Part shown: piece by piece, positions 58,337 through 64,000 of the stretch
Position numbering within the stretch: position 1 is the stretch's first letter
Layout of the letters: each line of letters begins with the position of its first letter
DNA from: Squalus acanthias
Taxonomy: Eukaryota
Length of the DNA: 64,000 bases
Direction of reading: 5' to 3'
Assembly (NCBI GenBank): GCA_030390025.1
Contig: CM059432.1
Location: 66,528,001 to 66,592,000, forward strand
The notes under the pieces: generated by a model
The model's input: the letters and a program-made list of their open reading frames with translations, nothing else
What the model was told of the DNA's origin: nothing
The model's database searches: none
Program-made: the position numbers and the translations under genes

Positions 58337-60287
58337 ATGTCAAGCAGCAGACCAAAATGTGCACCCCGTTCCGATGAGAACTCCCTCCAAGCCTTGTGGA
58401 GGGAGCAAGAGCGAATAAGGAAGTGCTGTTTCCTTCTTCAGGGAGGAAAAAAACACCCCAACAGACCAAAGCTGTGTGGCTGCAAGTGGCACAGGAGGTG
58501 AGTGCCATCTCAATGTGCAGCAGAACCTGGCTGCAGTGCAGAAAGAGGTTTCATGACCTTCTCCGCACAGGAAAAGTGAGTATTCCATCCCCATGACCCT
58601 CAATCTGATCCCCATCGCCTCTTATCACCAGCACTCTGCTTTGTCAACCTCCTCCTCCACATCCCACTTCACCCTTACATCCCTGCACCCTTAACCATTC
58701 CCTCTCTCTGCATGTTCACATTCACTTAACTATTCGACTATGCAGCCCTCACACTCCCTATCACTGTGATGCTTTGACAACAACTTACAACACACAGGGA
58801 GGGCCCTTGGTCTTGGGACCTCACTCCATCTTTGTGTCCTTCTAGGCATCTATGCTATGGATTCTCTGCACTCACTCCTTCATTCCCAATCAAACTCCAC
58901 TTGTGTCCCTCATTGCAGGAAAAGAGAGCCCACAATAAGAGGGAAAGGGCGAGGACAGGAGGAGGGCCACCCTCAATAGCCCAGCTCACCACTGCAGAGG
59001 AGGCAGCCCTGGAGATCGTGGGAGTCGAGGTGGATGCGCAAATGGGGGACGGACAGACGGGCGCATCAGAGCAAGCTCGTGACAGGATAGTTTTTCATCT
59101 CTCTCATTGACATTGCATGAGTGACTGATCTTGATTCTAATGCTCTAACAGATTGACTAATGATCATCTGCACAATTCAATGTGCATACAACGTTTATCG
59201 CACATGTCTAACTCTTTCCTTTACTCCCCCACAGGACCATCGACGACCCCCCTCCCCACTGTCCAGGAGGAACAGCTTGAGCCCCCAGACTCTGAGGACA
59301 CAACGTCAGCAGAATTAAGCGCACCCAGCACCAGCGCAGAAACTCAAACCTCGGTGGGACCTTCGGAAGATAGAGTAGAGTTGTCACCTGGTGTATCACA
59401 GATCACAAGTGAGCATCAGCAGATGGTGGAGACAGGGACAGCAGTGGAGAGTCCTCGTTGGAGGCCACAGGACTCTGCCAGCTCGGCTCAGCTGCATGTC
59501 GACCCTGTGCCTCCGGGTCCATCCAGAAGGAGAGCGGTGCTGGAACTCCAGGAACAGGTACAGGAGTCTCTGGCAGGTTTTATCTCCAGGGTTGCTGCGA
59601 GTGTGGAGTGAATGGAGGAGTCCATCGCTAACATGAGCAGAGCCTTTGTGGAGGCATTGGCACATGAACGCATCACCACGGAAAGGATGGCAACCTCCGT
59701 GGAAAGGATGGCTACCTCCGTGGAAAGGATGGCTACGGTAGAGGAGAGGATGGCTTCGGCCATGGAGGAGCTAAGTCGCCAGAGTGTTGAAAACATGGTC
59801 ATTGTTCAGAATAGATTGACACCTCTGGAGGAGCGATGGTCAGCTATTGACCTTCATGGAAGTCCGCTGGAGTAGGACAGACAGTGCAGGAAAGGGTCCT
59901 CATGGCCACCCTAAAGTGCAGCAAGGTGCTGTCAAGTCACTTGCTAGCTCTGAAGTGGGGCTAACCCATGAGAGGGATGTTGGTGGCAGACAAACAGGAA
60001 GTGGGAGCTCCTCTCCAAGCGCTCACACTCCCATGCCACTGCAGAGCCCTCAGTCAGAGCCCCACCAGAGTCCACACCCAACTGAGATGGCCGTCTCATC
60101 CCCTGCACAGCCGCAGGAGCAGCAGACTGTTGGCGAGCCCTCACAGGCTTGCAACCCCAGAGTACGTCCGCCAAAGGTGTCGAGGCAGGAGCAGCAAGAA
60201 AGTGAGCAAGGGGCCTCCACATCTGCTGAAGCCACAGGGGAAGCACCACGTAGGAGCATGCGTAAGAGGAAGATAAAGCACAAGTAG
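58337..60287 (+). pseudogene. Myb/SANT gene, 3 exons (58337-58575, 58919-59078, 59235-60287), with stops and frameshifts
   Basis: VWLQVAQEV..RTWLQCRKRFHDLLRTGK|gtgagt and cag|EKRAHNKRERARTGGG. Same intron phases (0, 1) as H1. TGA at 59609-59611. Confidence 0.85.
59681..59764 (+). repeat. 4 x 21-bp coding repeat (ERMATSV heptads)
   Basis: Units of gaaaggatggc(a/t)acctccgtg; the last two units diverge in their 3' half. Confidence 0.9.
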
Positions 60288-60559
60288 TCACAAGGGTAGT
60301 CACTTGGGTGTTCTGTTGTGTTTATTTTTGAAAAGCCATCCGTGACTTTATGTGATAAAAAAACTTGATGGCAAACTGTTGATGTTGTGGGCTGTGTCAT
60401 TTCGCAAATAGGACTTCCACATTGAGGGTTTAGGGCGACTTGGAATTGTCAGTACAGTGGTCAGAGTGATAGGAAGCCGCAGGTTCTTGTTCATTGTCAA
60501 TGGTCTGTTAAGAAGGTGCGAGGCAAATGTGTTTGATTGGGCAGGCTAGGCAAATCTGG

Positions 60560-61797
60560 GCAGGATGAGTGCGTCCCTTGCATCCCCGGCAGCAATGTGC
60601 TCGTGTGCTGCTGCCGCTAGTTGATGCGCCTCCGCAAGCTGCTCGTTGTCGGTATCCTCCTCCTCCTCCTCCTCATCATCATCACCTCATCTTCATCTGA
60701 GGAGGCTATGCGATGAGCCACTTGTACTTCAGGCAGCTGCAAGCCACTATACTGTGCCATGTTGTGAATTGCACAGCAGACCACGGCGATTCTGGAGACC
60801 CTGGCTGCTGAGTACTGCAGGGCTCCACCTGATCTATCAAGGCATCTGAATCGCATCTTCAGCAAGCCGATGGTTTGCTCGATTATGGATCTGGTGGAAA
60901 TGTGGCTGGCGTTGTAGCACTCCTCAGCTTTGTTGGATGGGCTCCTCAATGGCGTCATTAGCCACGTCTTCAGGGGATAGCCCTTGTCTCCAAGTAGCCA
61001 TCCGAAAAGTTGGTCTGGCGGACTGAAGAGCGAAGGCATACTAGACTGCCACAGGATGAAGGAGTCATGGCAACTGCCAGGGTACTTGGCGCAAACATGC
61101 AAAATTTCCTTATTGTGGTCACACACCAGTTGCACGTTGAGGGAGTGGAAGCCCTTGCGGTTGACAAAAATATCTGGATTGTGATGGGGTGCCTTAAGGG
61201 CCACATGTGTGCAGTCTACGACGCCCTGCACCCTTGGAAAGCCTGCCAGATTAGCAAATCCAACCGCACGTGCGGTTACACTTGCTTGCACCTTGGATAA
61301 GTTGATGTAATTGTGTGCGTTGGCAAAGAGGGCATCGGTTACCTGGGTGATGCAAGTGTGTGTGGCCGCCTGGGAAATGCCACTGATGTCTGCTGTTGAT
61401 CCCTGGAATGATCCTGAAGCATAAAAGTTGAGTGCGGTGGTGACATTGATGGCCACTGGTAAGGAGTGTCCACCCGCTCCTCTGGGCTCCAAGTCTTGCT
61501 GCAGCATTGTGCAGATGTCACCCACTACCTCTCGCCAAAGTCTGAGCCTCCTTTGGCACTGCTGCTCAGTCATGTTGAGGTAGCTCATCCTCTGTCTGTA
61601 GACCCTGTTTTGGGGGTATCTCCTGCGGCGACGTCCTTCCATGCGCTGGCCCCTTCTGGCCTGTGCAGCTTCAGGTGGTGAGCAGCAGGTTGGCGCTCCT
61701 GTTGTTGCTCCTGCTGTTGTTGTGGGTTCTGCTGCTGGCACGGCTGGTCTTCGTCCGAATCTGAGGTCCAGGAGGAAAGGAAATAAATGATTCCCAT
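60560..61797 (-). pseudogene. Harbinger transposase with an open catalytic core and frameshifts near both ends
   Basis: [40 protein letters not shown] and CCAIHN. The ATG 61797 frame shifts near 61677. Confidence 0.88.
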
Positions 61798-63339
61798 GCT
61801 GCAGGTATATACCTCAGTTGAGGAAGCGCTCAGTCAAGGTGGGGAGAGGGGTTTCCCAGGAGATCACACTGGAGATGGATCTCAGCTTCAAAACTTCCAC
61901 AATGAGTAGGCCTGCGAAAAGTTCTCCTGGACCTGAGAAAACAAAGTTCTGCCACCTGCAAATGATCGCTGTTGAAAAACCCTTTTTAATGGTGGAGCTG
62001 CAGCTGCTAGTAAGCCATCCACTGTGAGGCCACCAGGATTAACTGGCGTGTTCCAGAGGAGACGTGTAGCACAGGGGAAATGTGTTAAACTTAGAAAGGC
62101 CTCTCAAAATGGCATTATAGAGGTAATTAAGTGCTTGTTAAGGGCCTTAAGGGCCTATCCCGCCTCTTGGAGGCGGGATTGAAACGGGGTCTGAAAGTCC
62201 GATTTTTGGAAAATTGCTCAGAGGCGGGCTGGAGGCAGGATCGGATCCGCCCGCCATTTTTTGCTCATTTAACACCTCACACGCCTCCAAACTCGCCTCC
62301 TCAGACCTGGCAAAATCCAGCCCACAGAGTTCGCCAACGGCTTCCCCACTGCTCGGGGATCACGTCAGGTAAGGAGGTCGGGTGTTGTGTCAGCATGGGA
62401 TGATTTACTAACTTGACAGCTGCAAATGGTCTATAAAAGCTCCCATTTCATAGGTGTTTACTTTACAAGGTTAGAAGCTCTTGCTTACTGCATTTGGAAG
62501 ACAGATTGAGCTTTATGCAGGTTGCAAGTGTTTGGTGCAAACTCTCTATCCACTGTCACCTCATTGGAACAACCTCTCTCACCATTGACAGATTGCTTCT
62601 GTCATCTCAACCTCACATGCCATCTATTCCATCAGCAACGGTGCCCTTGAAAAAATCTCACCTTGGTCCTCAGAATCCCACCATGATCAGCCCCAACACC
62701 AGCATCACAGGGCACACCATCAGCACCAACATCAACACCAACCTTCTCCGCAACCAGTTGATGCTGCACAGGACACAGGGCATCAGCACCCTACACATTG
62801 CTGCCCGGGAGGCCAGGGATGGCCTCAGCATAGCCAGATTTACTTCACTTGACACTGCACACACTGGCTGCCACATGATGCATCAAGTTGGCAAACACCT
62901 CATACCAACACCATAAAGCATCCCTACAATGTCCAAGCCATTCCTTTCACACTCATCATCATTGCGGGGGGTACCGTTATGTCTCACCATTCACTGCAAC
63001 TCACTAAGCCACTTCCAAAGATGCACACAAATCTGTCCAAGAACGCAAAGTGTTGAAAATAAAGGTTTCAATGTTTGACAGCACATTAACAGAAACTTCA
63101 CATGAACATTGGCTAAACTGCTTAACCTTGTGTGTTGTTAGTTGGTATGCTTGCAGTAAGATAAGGGTGAGTGTGAGGGGTGGCTAGTGAAATATGTGAA
63201 GTGATAATGTAGAGAGAGAGGGATGGCTAGAGGTGTAAGGTAAGTTGGTGTGAGTAAGGATGGGCAGGAGTAGGGTAGGGAAGGCAGAGTGATGGGGATG
63301 TGATGAGTGGCACAGCAGGATGAGTTTGAGTGTGGCTTT

Positions 63340-63570
63340 GCAGTAATGTTTCGTGATCTACTGAGACCATTGAAAGTTTTGCGACACTGCTGCCTGGTCC
63401 TCCTAACGATATCCCTGCTTGTGCCCTCCTGTGCAATGTGCAACCAGGCTGCGTTGGTCTCCTGGGGAGGTGTCTTTCGCCCATTGGAAGGGAGAGAACC
63501 TCCTTGCTTGCTGTGACTCCCTCCATAAGCATATGGAGGGAGTCGTGCAAGAGCCTGGGTGCCATGCACC
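63340..63570 (-). pseudogene. Myb/SANT exon 1 relic of the outer Harbinger
   Basis: APRLLHDSLHMLMEGV.. and GRKTPPQETNAAWLHIAQE..RRTRQQCRKTFNGL. Confidence 0.75.
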
Positions 63571-64000
63571 TTTGTGCTGTGATTGTCAGTGTTTGTAGCA
63601 CCTCAATGCTGTAGAACACTGACAGCATAACTGTCAAAATCAATTTGGACATGGTCCCTTTAAGGAAACCGGCTGATGACGCGTCATCAAATGACGTCAT
63701 CAGACCCGCTTCATTTTAATTGGCCGGGAACCTCGCTGGGCGGGATAAACAAGCCCAATTAACGTAAAATCACTTGGAGAGTGCAGGCTGGAGCAGGCAG
63801 AGTGCTGGGACCACACTTCTGACCCCGGCCGCCCCGGATCCGCCTCGGTCGCCGATATCGTGGCCTATGTTTCGCTGACAAAAAAGTCAGCATCTCCCAA
63901 TCGAATTCCTCAGTATCACTCCACACTCCTACTTTCCGTTGTTGCTGCTCTAAGTGATTTAGTGTCAGTGCATGCTGTGGATTGTATGAGATCAGGAATT

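Larger units (their letters stand above)
58056..62323. mobile_element. Full-length Harbinger copy H4 (second subfamily, GGGCTGGATTTTG TIRs)
   Basis: TIRs gggctggattttgtca and tggcaaaatccagccc. Myb (+) and transposase (-) are convergent. Confidence 0.92.
57816..63865. mobile_element. Outer, internally deleted Harbinger hosting copy H4
   Basis: GGCC termini with TAT on both flanks (57813-57815, 63866-63868). Transposase tail (+) HIAAREARDGLSIARF near 62790-62845. Myb relic (-) near 63340-63570. Confidence 0.65.

Noticed and set aside
1..64000. Uni-strand piRNA-cluster-like TE trap
   Set aside because: Retroelements occur on both strands (CR1, RTE and L2 on plus; Gypsy, PLE, LINE and L2 on minus), with no clear orientation bias.

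Overview
This is transposon-saturated eukaryotic DNA with no confidently identifiable host gene. It is probably from a cartilaginous fish, inferred from a HER1-like CR1 3' tail, DeuSINE-type tails and short Penelope-related repeats. PIF/Harbinger DNA transposons dominate, with more than ten copies or relics from at least two subfamilies. The full-length type carries a HARBI1-type DDE transposase and a convergent three-exon Myb/SANT (trihelix) gene. The copy at 1045-5192 has an intact transposase and a Myb gene broken only by a 1-nt shift in a G9 run. Retroelements include a CR1 LINE with tandem 5'-UTR monomers, interrupted by a young Gypsy element (LTRs 193/194 identical, intact 1314-aa gag-pol, no tRNA PBS, an 11-bp fold-back suggesting self-priming, YLDN RT motif). 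Also present are a Penelope-like element with a minimal hammerhead ribozyme motif, several dispersed hammerhead-bearing short repeats, an RTE LINE, L2 and other LINE fragments, and a 1.45-kb solo LTR. Other DNA transposons are a Tigger/pogo element that may split a 43-nt exon and several MITEs. All calls come from reading the sequence by eye; no database searches were run.
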